Virus record (IMG/VR): IMGVR_UViG_3300037264_008423
Location: 62,001-126,000 of that record
Strand: one strand, 5' to 3'
Length of the DNA stretch: 64,000 bases
Of the stretch, positions 1 to 10,036 are shown in pieces (position 1 is the stretch's first letter; each line of letters starts with the position of its first letter). Under the pieces are notes generated by a model, which did not search any database, was not told the origin of the DNA, and saw only the letters and a program-made list of their open reading frames with translations. Both the position numbers and the translations under genes were made by a program.

Positions 1-3000
1 CTGTCCGCAGCCGGGGTGCAAGTGGTGCAGGCAATGGAAGAAGTGCGCCCCGCGACCCGGCACCCGCGCACCGTGGGCGTGGGCTACCTGATGCGCGACC
101 AGGTGGGCTACGCGGACTATGTGGCCTTTGGCACGCTGTTTACGGCGGCTCCCGGTGTGGGAACCTACTGGGGCACGCTCAACGGCTATCCCTACCCGCC
201 CTACCAGGTGGAGTTCGAGCTGGAGCAGAGCTTCGGCGGCACCGTGGCAGTGTCCGAAATGCTGGCGGCGGAGGGGGATGTTCTGAATGCCGACCACCTG
301 CGCGTGGCCAGCGCCGCGCTCGATTTCCGGGGCACTTACGATTATCACAACTCCACTTGGATGATGGTCTTTCCAGGGGGATACGACCCCGCCTCGACGC
401 TGCGGGTTTACACCCACTACCAGCCGACTTCGACCGAGGTCGTGCGCGAGCAACCGCCGGTTTGGGCCGACCCGGTAACCATCGCGGTGAGCGGCGACGG
501 CGGCCTGCACAACGCCGCGCAACTGGCGGTGAATAACATGGTGAGCGGGTGGAACCCGGATGCCTACTTCTATACCGGTGATAACAGCTATTACGTGGGG
601 CTGCCCGGAGAGGTTTACACCAACTTTCTTTACGCGCGTCCTTTCATCGACGCCAAAAAGCTCTTTGTTTGCGCGGGAAACCACGACTTCTATAACCCGG
701 ATTCGCCCGTGGGCTACGAGCCGGTTCAGTCGGGCGAGATTCGGGACTACGGCCAGAATTACCAGGTGAAGCCCACCACACCGGGCGCGCACTACGTGGT
801 CTATAACGGCGGCACCTACCTCGGCAACCAGGAGTTTATCGGGGTGCGCGGGGTCACGGAATTTCTGGCCTATAACGGGGCTATCGTGCGCCGCCGCAGT
901 CGCGAGAACAACGGCTGGGACCTGTCCATCGAGACCAACTACCTCGATTACCTGCCCGGCAATGGCCGCTACTACCATGTGCGCGTCGGGCACGTGGAAT
1001 TGTTTGTGGTTAATGATGGTGTCAACCTGGTGGAAGATCCGGGGTTCCGCGACCAGAATAAGCCAGCGGAACCGGACGGAAATTGGTGCGAAGCGCCTTA
1101 TGCGCCGGTGGGAGCCGGAGTAAAATCACCTGCGGCTGGCAACCCCATCCTCGTGAGTCCAGGGATGACCTACACCGTGCATGCCTCGGAATCCTACGGC
1201 GACCTGGGCGAGCGATGGCGGCCCAACTACGTTGTCTATCAGAGTGGAACTTACCGTGATAATCAGAGCTTTACCGCTGGTCTTGGCACCACCCATGCCT
1301 TGATCTACGGGGAGCCTCGCCTGGACCCGGCTCCCAAGTGGGTGGTATTGCGCCAGGCGCGCCGTTACCGGGTGATCGCGAATCCCGGCAGCCACTATGT
1401 GACTTATAGCGGCACCAACTACTACGGAGGATCGGTGATCCAGTCCAGTTTTGATTCAGACATGAATGTGGCCACGACAACCGGGACCGTCCGGCTGGAC
1501 CGCCTCAACAGCGCCCAGGCCGCGCAGGTCAAAGATTGGCTGGCGCGTTCCACGGCTCCGTGGAAAGTGGTGATGTATCACCACCCCAACGAGCACACGG
1601 ACCAGTTTAACTCCGGTCATAAGTCGGGTCTGTATCCGCGCACCGATTGGCCGTGGCAAGAGTGGGGTGCGGATATCTTGCTTCACGGCCATGTTCACTC
1701 TTACGCGCGGATGCTGCGCAACGGGGTGACGGAAATTATTATCGGCATCGGCGGCGCGGGTAATAAGACCTTTAATACCGGTCCCGGCGCGTATCAAAGC
1801 CCTTACGTTCAATTTCAATACAACTATAGCCCGGTCAGCGAAGCGGCAGCGCCCACGAATTGGGGGGCGATGCTGTGGACTGTGACGCCCACGCGGCTCT
1901 ACGCGGAAGCTCGGATTCTTGGCAACGGTTTGATCGAAGCTTGGGAGCTGGCCAAGCCGGAACCCGTGCGTGCTTACCAGGCGCGACCGGAGGACGAGCT
2001 GGAGGGTGAACTGATGGACTTGTCCGACGAGTATGCCTGGCGGCGCGACCTGGTGCTGGGCGGGGAACTGGTGGATCATACCACTTATTATCCACCTACC
2101 CCTGACCTGCAAACGGTGAACTTGGGCCAGACTGTGGCGGTCTTCAGTCAGACGGGCGCTCAATACGATGTTACTTTGAGCAAGCCAGGGGCGGAGCCGC
2201 CCCGTTTTCAGTGGCAGGAGCGCCTCTTGTCCGACTACACGCCGGGCCAGATGGCGATTGCGTTCAGCGGGACGTTCCTGTCCCTGCCCGTGGTGGACCC
2301 CCGCCAGGAAAGCGTCCTGCCACGCCGCACGCTGGACCAGGAGGCGGTGAGCGGCGGCCTGTATGCGCGCAACCTGGGTGTCGATCATAATGCGGACGAT
2401 TTGGACTGGTCGATGCAGCCGGGCTGGCGGCTCTATCATTTCGGACTGGTTCAGGGCGTGCTGGTTGCCGATCCGGTGAAATTTTTCGGACCGCATCACC
2501 GCGATGGGCTGGTGGCCTGGTATCCGCTCAACGAGCATCCAAGAGAGGCTTTGATGTTGGCCGACCATTCGGCGGTCGGGGAGCAGACCGCTGTTCCCGC
2601 GCTGGACCCGGAGGATCGGCAGTATGATCCGCAGCGAGGTTGGTATTTGCGCCTGGCGGCGAACCGCGCGGTGAGCACGGTCAAGTCCCGGTCCATCTCC
2701 TCGGCGGTCAGCTTGGGGTTTTGGATTCGTCCCACGCAGACCGCAGCGCCGGAGTGCCTGCTGCGCCTGGGTCCGCTTTCACTTTACTTGGGCTTGATGG
2801 CCCTGCGCGTTTACGTCGAGCAGGCGGGAGTGGCGACCGATATTGTCGGGGCGGGGCTGAGTCCCGGCTGGAACTACGTGGCGATCACGGGCGATGCCGC
2901 GCGCCGCGTGTGGAACATCTACCGGGGTTATCCCGCCACGGCCCTGACCCTGGCCAACACGGTAACGGAGCAGGCGGATGCCTGGGGCGAGAGCGTGACC

Positions 3001-4599
3001 CTATCCTTGTTCGGAATGTCCGTGGGCTGCGACCTCCAGGATGTGCGTATTTGGAACACGGAAAAGACCCTGGCCGGGCTGGAACTGGCACGCTATCACG
3101 CTCCCCAGTCCACGGCGGTCCTCTACCGGCCTGCTTACCTTCAGGCGGTCAACGACTATGATCGCTACGGCGTGCGGGTCCTGGAAAGCGGCTGGGTGAC
3201 GCCGGAGCGCCTGCCTTCCACACTGGAAACGCCAGCGCAAGCCTGGGTGCTGCGCTACGCCTCGACCGGCGAGTATCAAGCGCAGTCCCGCTACCGGGAG
3301 ACGGGCCTGGGTTCCGGCAATACGCCCCCGGTAAAGCAATACCTGGGTTTGCAGTGGAACACCATGACGGGCGCGGGGACCACCGCCGTTTCCACCTGGA
3401 AGGGCGGGTTTATGGGCGTGAATGGCGCGTGGGATTTTGATAATCCGCCGCCGCTGGCGATGCAACTGCTCCAGTCGGGCAGCACGCGCTACGGCATCCT
3501 GCCCACCTGGATCAACACGGGCACCAGCGCCCCGTGGCCCAATCCGCTTCAGGCGACTAATCCGTGCCGGGATCGCATTTGGATCGAGGGCGATGATCGC
3601 TATCTTTACGAGGTTACGGTCGCGCGCAGTGGCACGGGCACGGTTCAGCTCCAGGCGGAGCGGCTGTTGCAGGTGCGCGCGGACGGTTCCCTGGTGCCCA
3701 CCTACACCGAGCAGCCCACCGGGGCGCAAGTGGCGCTGACCAGCGTCGTTCATGGCAACCAGCTTAGTGTCAGCACGCTCGGCCAGGTTTATGCCGCCCC
3801 TTACGCGGGAACGGTGACCTCGGCCCCGCTTTACCTGTATGGCAGCGAGGAGGTTAACGTGGACTTGTCGGGCGCGCACGCGTTTAACGCCTGGGTGGAG
3901 AAGAACAGCTACGGTATCGAGCGCGGGGCGGCCATTATTCAAGACAACGGCCAGATTGCTTTTGAGCTAGTCCAGGGCATGCCTGCGGGTTACTACCGCT
4001 TGGAGGTTACTTCCGGCAACGTGGGCCAGGCGGATGAGGACTTCGACGGCTTTCGGGTCTTGATCACCCTGGGCGACTACGCCTTCGAGGGCCGGTTGTG
4101 CCAGGGCCAGCGGGGCGCGGACTTTACCGCGACCGACACGTTTGAGTTTCTGCTGCCGCGCAGTTTGCCCGGCGCGCCAAGTTCCTGGCTGTTGACTTTT
4201 GGCTGGCTCAACGCCCTGCGGGATGAGCGCCACGGCACGGCGCGACGGCTCAAGATCAGCGCCGTGAAGGCGGTGCGGCTTTATACCCGGCTTTACGAGT
4301 TGGACTTGGCCGCAGGCGGCACTTCCCTGGTGGAATGGAGCACCAGCGGCACCGCGTTTCCGGTCACGCCAGGCGGCTGGCTGGTCACGATTACAAGCTG
4401 GGGCACGGCCCTGGCTCCCGTCCACGAGGCCACGGTCTATAGTAGCAACGACACGGTTCAGTCCCGGCAGCCGCTCGCGCACGTGCTGACCGCGACGACG
4501 GTGGAGCGCCGTGAGGATGTGATTTTGAACGGCTCCTTTGTGATTCCCGATCTACCCATTCCGGCTCTGCCAGCATACGGGGCCATCACCATCACATGA
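1..4599 (+). CDS. Large virion/baseplate-like protein with a calcineurin-like metallophosphoesterase domain and a LamG/ConA-like domain; probably 5'-partial
   Basis: Frame open from base 1 (first GTG at 16, 1527 aa). Metallophosphoesterase motifs occur in order: AVSGDGG, FYTGDNSY, CAGNHDF, MYHHP, LLHGHVHSY. LamG-like segment LVAWYPLNE...SLGFWIRP...WNYVAITGD...LQDVRIWN. Confidence 0.7.
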   Translation: MSAAGVQVVQAMEEVRPATRHPRTVGVGYLMRDQVGYADYVAFGTLFTAAPGVGTYWGTLNGYPYPPYQVEFELEQSFGGTVAVSEMLAAEGDVLNADHLRVASAALDFRGTYDYHNSTWMMVFPGGYDPASTLRVYTHYQPTSTEVVREQPPVWADPVTIAVSGDGGLHNAAQLAVNNMVSGWNPDAYFYTGDNSYYVGLPGEVYTNFLYARPFIDAKKLFVCAGNHDFYNPDSPVGYEPVQSGEIRDYGQNYQVKPTTPGAHYVVYNGGTYLGNQEFIGVRGVTEFLAYNGAIVRRRSRENNGWDLSIETNYLDYLPGNGRYYHVRVGHVELFVVNDGVNLVEDPGFRDQNKPAEPDGNWCEAPYAPVGAGVKSPAAGNPILVSPGMTYTVHASESYGDLGERWRPNYVVYQSGTYRDNQSFTAGLGTTHALIYGEPRLDPAPKWVVLRQARRYRVIANPGSHYVTYSGTNYYGGSVIQSSFDSDMNVATTTGTVRLDRLNSAQAAQVKDWLARSTAPWKVVMYHHPNEHTDQFNSGHKSGLYPRTDWPWQEWGADILLHGHVHSYARMLRNGVTEIIIGIGGAGNKTFNTGPGAYQSPYVQFQYNYSPVSEAAAPTNWGAMLWTVTPTRLYAEARILGNGLIEAWELAKPEPVRAYQARPEDELEGELMDLSDEYAWRRDLVLGGELVDHTTYYPPTPDLQTVNLGQTVAVFSQTGAQYDVTLSKPGAEPPRFQWQERLLSDYTPGQMAIAFSGTFLSLPVVDPRQESVLPRRTLDQEAVSGGLYARNLGVDHNADDLDWSMQPGWRLYHFGLVQGVLVADPVKFFGPHHRDGLVAWYPLNEHPREALMLADHSAVGEQTAVPALDPEDRQYDPQRGWYLRLAANRAVSTVKSRSISSAVSLGFWIRPTQTAAPECLLRLGPLSLYLGLMALRVYVEQAGVATDIVGAGLSPGWNYVAITGDAARRVWNIYRGYPATALTLANTVTEQADAWGESVTLSLFGMSVGCDLQDVRIWNTEKTLAGLELARYHAPQSTAVLYRPAYLQAVNDYDRYGVRVLESGWVTPERLPSTLETPAQAWVLRYASTGEYQAQSRYRETGLGSGNTPPVKQYLGLQWNTMTGAGTTAVSTWKGGFMGVNGAWDFDNPPPLAMQLLQSGSTRYGILPTWINTGTSAPWPNPLQATNPCRDRIWIEGDDRYLYEVTVARSGTGTVQLQAERLLQVRADGSLVPTYTEQPTGAQVALTSVVHGNQLSVSTLGQVYAAPYAGTVTSAPLYLYGSEEVNVDLSGAHAFNAWVEKNSYGIERGAAIIQDNGQIAFELVQGMPAGYYRLEVTSGNVGQADEDFDGFRVLITLGDYAFEGRLCQGQRGADFTATDTFEFLLPRSLPGAPSSWLLTFGWLNALRDERHGTARRLKISAVKAVRLYTRLYELDLAAGGTSLVEWSTSGTAFPVTPGGWLVTITSWGTALAPVHEATVYSSNDTVQSRQPLAHVLTATTVERREDVILNGSFVIPDLPIPALPAYGAITIT

Positions 4600-5036
4600 A
4601 TGAGCTTGTGGAACCAGTATCGGTGCTTTTACGCAGAAAGCGCCAGGCCAAGTGGAGGGAGCGCAATAAAGCTCAGATCGCGGCTAAGGACAGGCGCTAT
4701 AAGTTTGATAACCGTGATAAAATTCGAGCGCGCAATAAGCGGTGGTATGTTAACAATACGGCCAAATATAAGGCAACTATTGCGCGAAGGCGTTTGAAGC
4801 GCAGATACGGTATAACTCCAGAAGATCGTGCGGCGATGGCGATTGCACAGAAAAACCGTTGCGCTATTTGCGGGGACGAATTTACTGATACACCGTGTTT
4901 AGATCATGATCATTTAACCGGTAAATTGCGCGGTTTGCTCTGCCGGGGGTGCAATGTCGTGCTTGGTTTTATTAATGACGATATCGCTGTCCTTGAGGCG
5001 GCGATTAACTATCTCAAATCCGGTGGTGTCTTATGA
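4596..5036 (+). CDS. Endonuclease VII-family (His-Cys) homing endonuclease
   Basis: CAICG...LDHDHLTGKLRGLLCRGCN motif after a basic N-terminus. More AT-rich than its neighbours, with ATGA overlaps on both sides. Confidence 0.85.
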   Translation: MNELVEPVSVLLRRKRQAKWRERNKAQIAAKDRRYKFDNRDKIRARNKRWYVNNTAKYKATIARRRLKRRYGITPEDRAAMAIAQKNRCAICGDEFTDTPCLDHDHLTGKLRGLLCRGCNVVLGFINDDIAVLEAAINYLKSGGVL

Positions 5037-6244
5037 ATAATGTTGGTGATGCGAAAATTTTTAGTGTTCCGGGCGGCGCTGTCAACGGCAGCATCACTTA
5101 TGTGTGGTCGTTTTGGGACAATGACGTGAGGGCGACCCGCGAACCCTTCGTGGCTAAAAAGCTGAACGTGGGCGGAGCTGGCTTGCCGGTCTCTTGCGAA
5201 TACAGCGACGGGTTTGGCGTGAGCGGCCTCCTGAACACGACGATCACCGTGAACGCGCCCCCGGTGATCGTGGGCGCGCCCACCATCAGCGTGAACGACG
5301 CGCTCTTTCCATTCACGACCACCCTGACTTCCGTCACGTATGACCCGGAGGCGGCGGGGGCGCTGGCCTACGCCTGGTATGAGGGTGCGAGCGCGTTGGG
5401 CGCGGGGGTCACGGTGCTGCTGAGTCCGGGCACCTGGCAGAATAGCTTGACCCTGGCGGGAGTGTCCGCCAACCGCACCCTGACCCAGGAGATCACCGAC
5501 GCAGGAGCGGGAGTGACCCGGATGGATTACGCCGTGCGCGGCAGCGCCGCGACGGGCTTGATGGGCGGCGGGGCGGCGGTGGGCAGCACGATCACCCCCA
5601 CCGCGAGCAATCTGCCGGAAGTCATCATCGGCCCCGATCAGCGGGTGACCTTTACCGCTTACGCTCAGGACCGGGCGGCAGGCCAGTTGAGTTTTGCCTG
5701 GGAACTTAAGACCGAGGATGGTTGGGCCGCCGATTACAGCCTTACCGACGCGCCAGTCCAGTTGGCCAACGGCTCTTACCGCAGCCAGCTTTCCCGTCCG
5801 GTTTACGCTGAAACGCCCGGCCTTAAAGTAGCCCGTTGCACGGTCACCAACCTGGCGACCAGCCAGACGTTATTAATCCGCAATCCGGTCCGGCTTGTGG
5901 CCGCCCAGTATCCGGTGATCACGCATATTGCCACGGACGCGGGGTTGGTCGGCGGCAATTACCAGGTATTGCGTGACAGCTACGTGCATTTTACGGGCAC
6001 CGCCACGGATGCCAACCATCTGCTGTTGAACTACCGTTGGGACTTTATTCAGCCGCCAGGGCTGACGCTCTACGGTCGCTCCGTTATGCTTCGGCCCGAT
6101 CAGCACGCCTATTACGATCAATCCGCCCTGTTCGCCGGGCCGCTGCCCATCACCGGCGACTTGACGGTCACGGACCGCTTTGGGAAGAGCGCCACGGTCG
6201 CCATTCAAAGCTTTGTGACCGTTCAAGTGTGGGCCACGGCTTAG
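5033..6244 (+). CDS. Putative structural protein with Ig/PKD-like beta-sandwich repeats
   Basis: 403 aa, Thr/Gly/Ala-rich, with PKD-like motifs (LAYAWYEG, LSFAWEL, VHFTGTATDANHLLLNYRWDF, LTVTDRFG). Confidence 0.55.
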   Translation: MNNVGDAKIFSVPGGAVNGSITYVWSFWDNDVRATREPFVAKKLNVGGAGLPVSCEYSDGFGVSGLLNTTITVNAPPVIVGAPTISVNDALFPFTTTLTSVTYDPEAAGALAYAWYEGASALGAGVTVLLSPGTWQNSLTLAGVSANRTLTQEITDAGAGVTRMDYAVRGSAATGLMGGGAAVGSTITPTASNLPEVIIGPDQRVTFTAYAQDRAAGQLSFAWELKTEDGWAADYSLTDAPVQLANGSYRSQLSRPVYAETPGLKVARCTVTNLATSQTLLIRNPVRLVAAQYPVITHIATDAGLVGGNYQVLRDSYVHFTGTATDANHLLLNYRWDFIQPPGLTLYGRSVMLRPDQHAYYDQSALFAGPLPITGDLTVTDRFGKSATVAIQSFVTVQVWATA

Positions 6245-6282
6245 GGCCTTTCAAAATATTTTTACTTTTTACACTTTCCCTG

Positions 6283-6311
6283 TTGACACTTAAATTGATT
6301 TCGTTTACATT
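6283..6311 (+). promoter_or_regulatory. Sigma70-type (early) promoter
   Basis: TTGACA-N17-TACATT in an AT-rich intergenic gap just upstream of the ATG at 6321. Confidence 0.75.
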
Positions 6312-6320
6312 TTTCACACG

Positions 6321-7052
6321 ATGAAAAATGAAAAACAAAATTCAGTGGCAACCAGCCAGTTCAGCGGCCTGCTCGCCGACGTGTCCGCACGCGCTTACTG
6401 CTCCTTGCATCAGGACGGACCCTTAACCTGGAAAGCGGTGCAGGTTGACCTCAGCGTGCCCGTGGAGTATCGCGGGTGCCGCTGGCACGTGGACGGCAAG
6501 CCGGTCGCGCCGCGCGGTGACATGAGCTTGGCGAGCAACGTGGGAGAAACCCTGCGCATCGCCTTGCGCCAGCGCCGGGTGGAGTTGGTCGCGCAAGCGA
6601 TTCAGTGCGAGGCTAAGACACCTACCTGGAACCAAGGAACGACTTGGTATATCACCTGTCACAAGGACGAGGAAGCGGTGCTCCAGATCGATTTCGAGCA
6701 CGCTACGTGCCGCTTGGGTCGCAGTCGCAAGTATATCCACAACCTGAGCGTGGATAACCTGGCCAAGTTAGCCCGGCAGCGCATGCGGCGCATGCTGTCC
6801 GAAGCCCAGGAGCGGCAGCAGGACCGGGAAGAGCAGACTCAAGTGGCGACCAAGAAGCAGGGCCTTATCCTGCAACTGCGGGAGGCGGGGATTCGTTCGG
6901 ATGCCGCCCGGACGATTCACGTTCAGGAATGGAGCGCCAAGGAGGGTTTCGTTCTGTCTTACTTGCGCAAGGATCGCACCCTGAAGGCGTCATTTAACGT
7001 CAAAGACGCTCTGGCGGCGGCGCGCAAAATCCAGGCGTTGGACCAAGTTTAG
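6321..7052 (+). CDS. Hypothetical protein
   Basis: 243-aa ORF directly after a promoter; no motif recognised. Confidence 0.7.
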   Translation: MKNEKQNSVATSQFSGLLADVSARAYCSLHQDGPLTWKAVQVDLSVPVEYRGCRWHVDGKPVAPRGDMSLASNVGETLRIALRQRRVELVAQAIQCEAKTPTWNQGTTWYITCHKDEEAVLQIDFEHATCRLGRSRKYIHNLSVDNLAKLARQRMRRMLSEAQERQQDREEQTQVATKKQGLILQLREAGIRSDAARTIHVQEWSAKEGFVLSYLRKDRTLKASFNVKDALAAARKIQALDQV

Positions 7053-7065
7053 TGCACTTTTCATG

Positions 7066-7094
7066 TTGACGGCAAAATAGATATAGTTTACATT
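7066..7094 (+). promoter_or_regulatory. Sigma70-type (early) promoter
   Basis: TTGACG-N17-TACATT upstream of the ATG at 7103. Confidence 0.75.
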
Positions 7095-7102
7095 TTTAAG
7101 CT

Positions 7103-7588
7103 ATGAACAGCAAAATTGTAAGCATAGCCTTGTATGGCAAGCGTGGCGGCGCTGCTCTTGTGGACCGGGATATTTTTGAAAAAATTGGCCATTTTCATTG
7201 GCGTCTGAATAAAGGCGGATACGTGGTTCGCTCGGTGCTTATCGACGGAAAGCACACGATCAAATATCTCCACCACGAGGTTATGCAGCCGGGGGATGGC
7301 GCGGAAGTTGATCACCGTAATGGCTTGAGATCGGATAATACACGTAAAAATTTGCGTCTGGCTACTCGCGCTCAAAATAACGGCAATACCGAAAAGCACG
7401 GCATCCGGTCTTCCCGGTTTAAAGGAGTCAGTTGGGCAAAACACCGCAGCAAATGGAGCGCGCAGATTCATAACCATAACCGTAAGCAGCATTTGGGCTT
7501 GTTTGAAGACGAGGCGGACGCCGCACGAGCTTACGATGCCGCTGCTATTGAGTATTTTGGAGATTTTGCAAAAACTAATAACCCTTAG
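7103..7588 (+). CDS. HNH endonuclease with C-terminal AP2 domain
   Basis: YLHHEVM...VDHRNGLRSDNTRKNLR (HNH_3-like) followed by FKGVSWAKHRSKWSAQI...HLGLFEDEADAARAYDAAA (AP2). Confidence 0.9.
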   Translation: MNSKIVSIALYGKRGGAALVDRDIFEKIGHFHWRLNKGGYVVRSVLIDGKHTIKYLHHEVMQPGDGAEVDHRNGLRSDNTRKNLRLATRAQNNGNTEKHGIRSSRFKGVSWAKHRSKWSAQIHNHNRKQHLGLFEDEADAARAYDAAAIEYFGDFAKTNNP

Positions 7589-7602
7589 TCAAAAGACATA
7601 CT

Positions 7603-8286
7603 ATGAAGACTGTTAAAAAGAAAAATATACTGGAACCCCTGCGTATCAAAACGGTTCAAGCGCCCGTGAAAAAAGGTGATATTCCGCTAATCCATATTGA
7701 AAACGATTACCCGACCCGCTACAACGAGGCATCCGCGATCCTGAAGGACGCCGAACAGCTCATGAAGGACCTGAAACCCATCATGCTGCCGGACGCGCTG
7801 GCCGTGCTGTATCAGCATAACAGCAACAAGCCCTGGGACCCCATCGCCAGTGTGAAGCTCCAGGATGACAGCGGCGAGGCGACGCGGATCACGTTTAGCT
7901 CGGCCTACAACACGACGACCGTGGTGGCGGTGGAATTGCTCTTCGGGCAGATCAAAAAGAAGGATGGCCAGAAACCCGACATTAACACCTATTTGACGCG
8001 CACGATGAAGGCCAAGTTCGACGATAAGGTGTTCCTGACGCCGGAGGGCCGCTTTGACCAGGACAAATACGAGCAGATCGTCATGTCCCTGGGGCTGGTC
8101 TGCCAAGACCTGGGCATCCCCAATCCGTTGAGCGTGGAAGAGACGGTGGTGCCACTGCCGGACTTTCATTCCCGCCGCTGGATGGACTTTGACGCGGACA
8201 CCAACGCCCGGATCACCGAGGTGATGCCCAATACGATCAGTTTCACGCCCCTGCCGGTGAAGAAGAAGGACCAGGAAGAGGCTTAA
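7603..8286 (+). CDS. Hypothetical protein
   Basis: 227-aa ORF in operon context. Confidence 0.7.
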   Translation: MKTVKKKNILEPLRIKTVQAPVKKGDIPLIHIENDYPTRYNEASAILKDAEQLMKDLKPIMLPDALAVLYQHNSNKPWDPIASVKLQDDSGEATRITFSSAYNTTTVVAVELLFGQIKKKDGQKPDINTYLTRTMKAKFDDKVFLTPEGRFDQDKYEQIVMSLGLVCQDLGIPNPLSVEETVVPLPDFHSRRWMDFDADTNARITEVMPNTISFTPLPVKKKDQEEA

Positions 8287-8309
8287 AAACTTGCGGCGGT
8301 AAGGCTAAA

Positions 8310-8885
8310 ATGAGAAAAATACAGCACATCAGCGGTAAAGTTCAGGTTCAAATTGTGCAGGACTATAAGGAGAAACTCCCCAATGGCCTGCACCGCTACA
8401 CCTTAAAGGAGATCGCTCGCAAATACGAGGTTAGCCTGAGCACCGTGAACAACCTGGCGCGCACGGCGCGCTGCCAGGGACGCCCCCACGGGGGTCGCGA
8501 GCAGACCGTCCCCACGCCGCGCATCCTCAAGATTCTGCGGGATAGCACCGAGCCAGGGATCAGCCTGGACGAGGTTGGCCGTCGTAATCCGCGCTGCCTG
8601 GTGCGGCGCGGTAAGTCTGTGGCGGTGCCGCTCACCAAGCAGCGGGTGTCGGAGATCATCCGCACGTGGTCCAGGAAGCTGGATATGACTAAGATTCATG
8701 GCCGAGGTTTCAAACCGGGCGACCAGATCGAGTGGGCCGACCAGATTTACACGGTCCTGCGCTACGACAGCTCCCGGCAGGGCGCGGTGCGCGAGGGGAC
8801 TACGGACCAGGGCCAGGTCATCGATCCATTCCTGTGGGTGCATGGCGGCTGCCGTAGCAAGCGCCTGGATTACGAGGGTAGCTAG
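8310..8885 (+). CDS. Putative HTH DNA-binding protein
   Basis: YTLKEIARKYEVSLSTVNNL helix-turn-helix, plus a second sigma-r4-like SLDEVGR...LTKQRVSEII segment. Confidence 0.6.
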   Translation: MRKIQHISGKVQVQIVQDYKEKLPNGLHRYTLKEIARKYEVSLSTVNNLARTARCQGRPHGGREQTVPTPRILKILRDSTEPGISLDEVGRRNPRCLVRRGKSVAVPLTKQRVSEIIRTWSRKLDMTKIHGRGFKPGDQIEWADQIYTVLRYDSSRQGAVREGTTDQGQVIDPFLWVHGGCRSKRLDYEGS

Positions 8886-8888
8886 CGT

Positions 8889-9254
8889 GTGACGACGCGC
8901 CAAATGTTTGGCTGGCTGGCCGAGCGCCAGTTGGGTGACGCGACCCGCCTCAAGCGGGTCGTGGCGCTTTTCCAGCGGGAACTCGGTGACATCTTCGGCA
9001 ACGCGCGGGTGCGGCGGCGCAACCGGCGCTACGAGTTGGGCGTGGCGGTGTATGAGAAGCCGGTGCAGCGCACGGGCCAGGCTTACCGGATGACCGACCG
9101 TCAAATCCGGGTCTGGATCAAGCAGGCCGCTGACCGCGCCCACCCCCGGCTTTACCGGCGCATGCGGGTGCAGACCGGGCCGTGGCAGCAGGGCCGGGTA
9201 TCGCAGAAGCTCTACAGCCCGGTCACCATTAGGATCGACGCAAACCAAGATTAG
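8889..9254 (+). CDS. Hypothetical protein
   Basis: 121-aa ORF tightly packed after the previous gene. Confidence 0.55.
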   Translation: MTTRQMFGWLAERQLGDATRLKRVVALFQRELGDIFGNARVRRRNRRYELGVAVYEKPVQRTGQAYRMTDRQIRVWIKQAADRAHPRLYRRMRVQTGPWQQGRVSQKLYSPVTIRIDANQD

Positions 9255-9300
9255 ACTATATTATGTAAGTCTGCGAACTGCGGTTACGTTAAGTCAAAGT

Positions 9301-9329
9301 TTGACAAAGTTTAATTTGTAAACTATATT
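9301..9329 (+). promoter_or_regulatory. Sigma70-type promoter
   Basis: TTGACA-N17-TATATT upstream of the ATG at 9336. Confidence 0.7.
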
Positions 9330-9335
9330 AACTGC

Positions 9336-9602
9336 ATGACTAACAGGTTGACCGCCCCCGGTAGATTAGACGTAGTAGAGCAGGTGCTCGCCAGCGATCC
9401 TCTTTTCAGCTCTAAAATGACGAGATTCGGCGCGCAGACGATGCGGAATCGAAAAGGCGTGAAAAAGACGTATAGTAACATGACGGTGGGACTGGTCCAG
9501 CGCCTTGCGAAAAAAGGCGTGGATGCCGTGAATTTGCACCGGGACGAACTGATTGCCGAGGCTTTCATGTGTTACGAAATCGGGTCCAAAATCGTCGTAT
9601 GA
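9336..9602 (+). CDS. Hypothetical protein
   Basis: 88-aa ORF after a promoter, with an ATGA overlap with the next gene. Confidence 0.55.
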   Translation: MTNRLTAPGRLDVVEQVLASDPLFSSKMTRFGAQTMRNRKGVKKTYSNMTVGLVQRLAKKGVDAVNLHRDELIAEAFMCYEIGSKIVV

Positions 9603-10033
9603 TGAAAAGCGAGACTGTCAACAAGCAAGAGCGCCGCCAGGTGGATTTAGAGATCGCGCCCGAAGTCTGCGTCTATATGGCCTGCTATGGCCTCATTACG
9701 GAAATGATCGAGGTCAGGGCCGACCTGGCCCAGCATCGGATCACAAAGCGGTTTCATGCCTGGCGCTTTGTCAATCTCGTCAGCCAGTTTTGCGAGATTG
9801 CCAGCCTGACCTGGCGCTTTGACCTCGTGCTGCCCGTGTCGGACCGGGGTATCCCGTCGCCTTTCTTCTGGCGGTGGTATAACTGGTGGGAGGACTACCT
9901 CAAGTCCCTCACCCCGGCCCAGGTTCAGCACATGGAGAGGCTGGCGCTGGACCGCGCGCCGGAATTGAGCAGGCACCGGCCTCCCGGTGCCTGGGTGGAT
10001 CACCGGGCCGATCCCGCGTTTATTGTTAATTGA
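9599..10033 (+). CDS. Hypothetical protein
   Basis: About 144 aa from ATG 9599, Trp-rich. Confidence 0.6.
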   Translation: MMKSETVNKQERRQVDLEIAPEVCVYMACYGLITEMIEVRADLAQHRITKRFHAWRFVNLVSQFCEIASLTWRFDLVLPVSDRGIPSPFFWRWYNWWEDYLKSLTPAQVQHMERLALDRAPELSRHRPPGAWVDHRADPAFIVN

Positions 10034-10036
10034 ATT

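Noticed and set aside
1456-3942. Long antisense ORFs (e.g. 1456-2568, 3001-3942, and similarly 26983-28281, 29760-31145, 48479-49489, 54399-55523)
   Set aside because: Shadow frames of GC-rich real genes on the opposite strand; no motifs.
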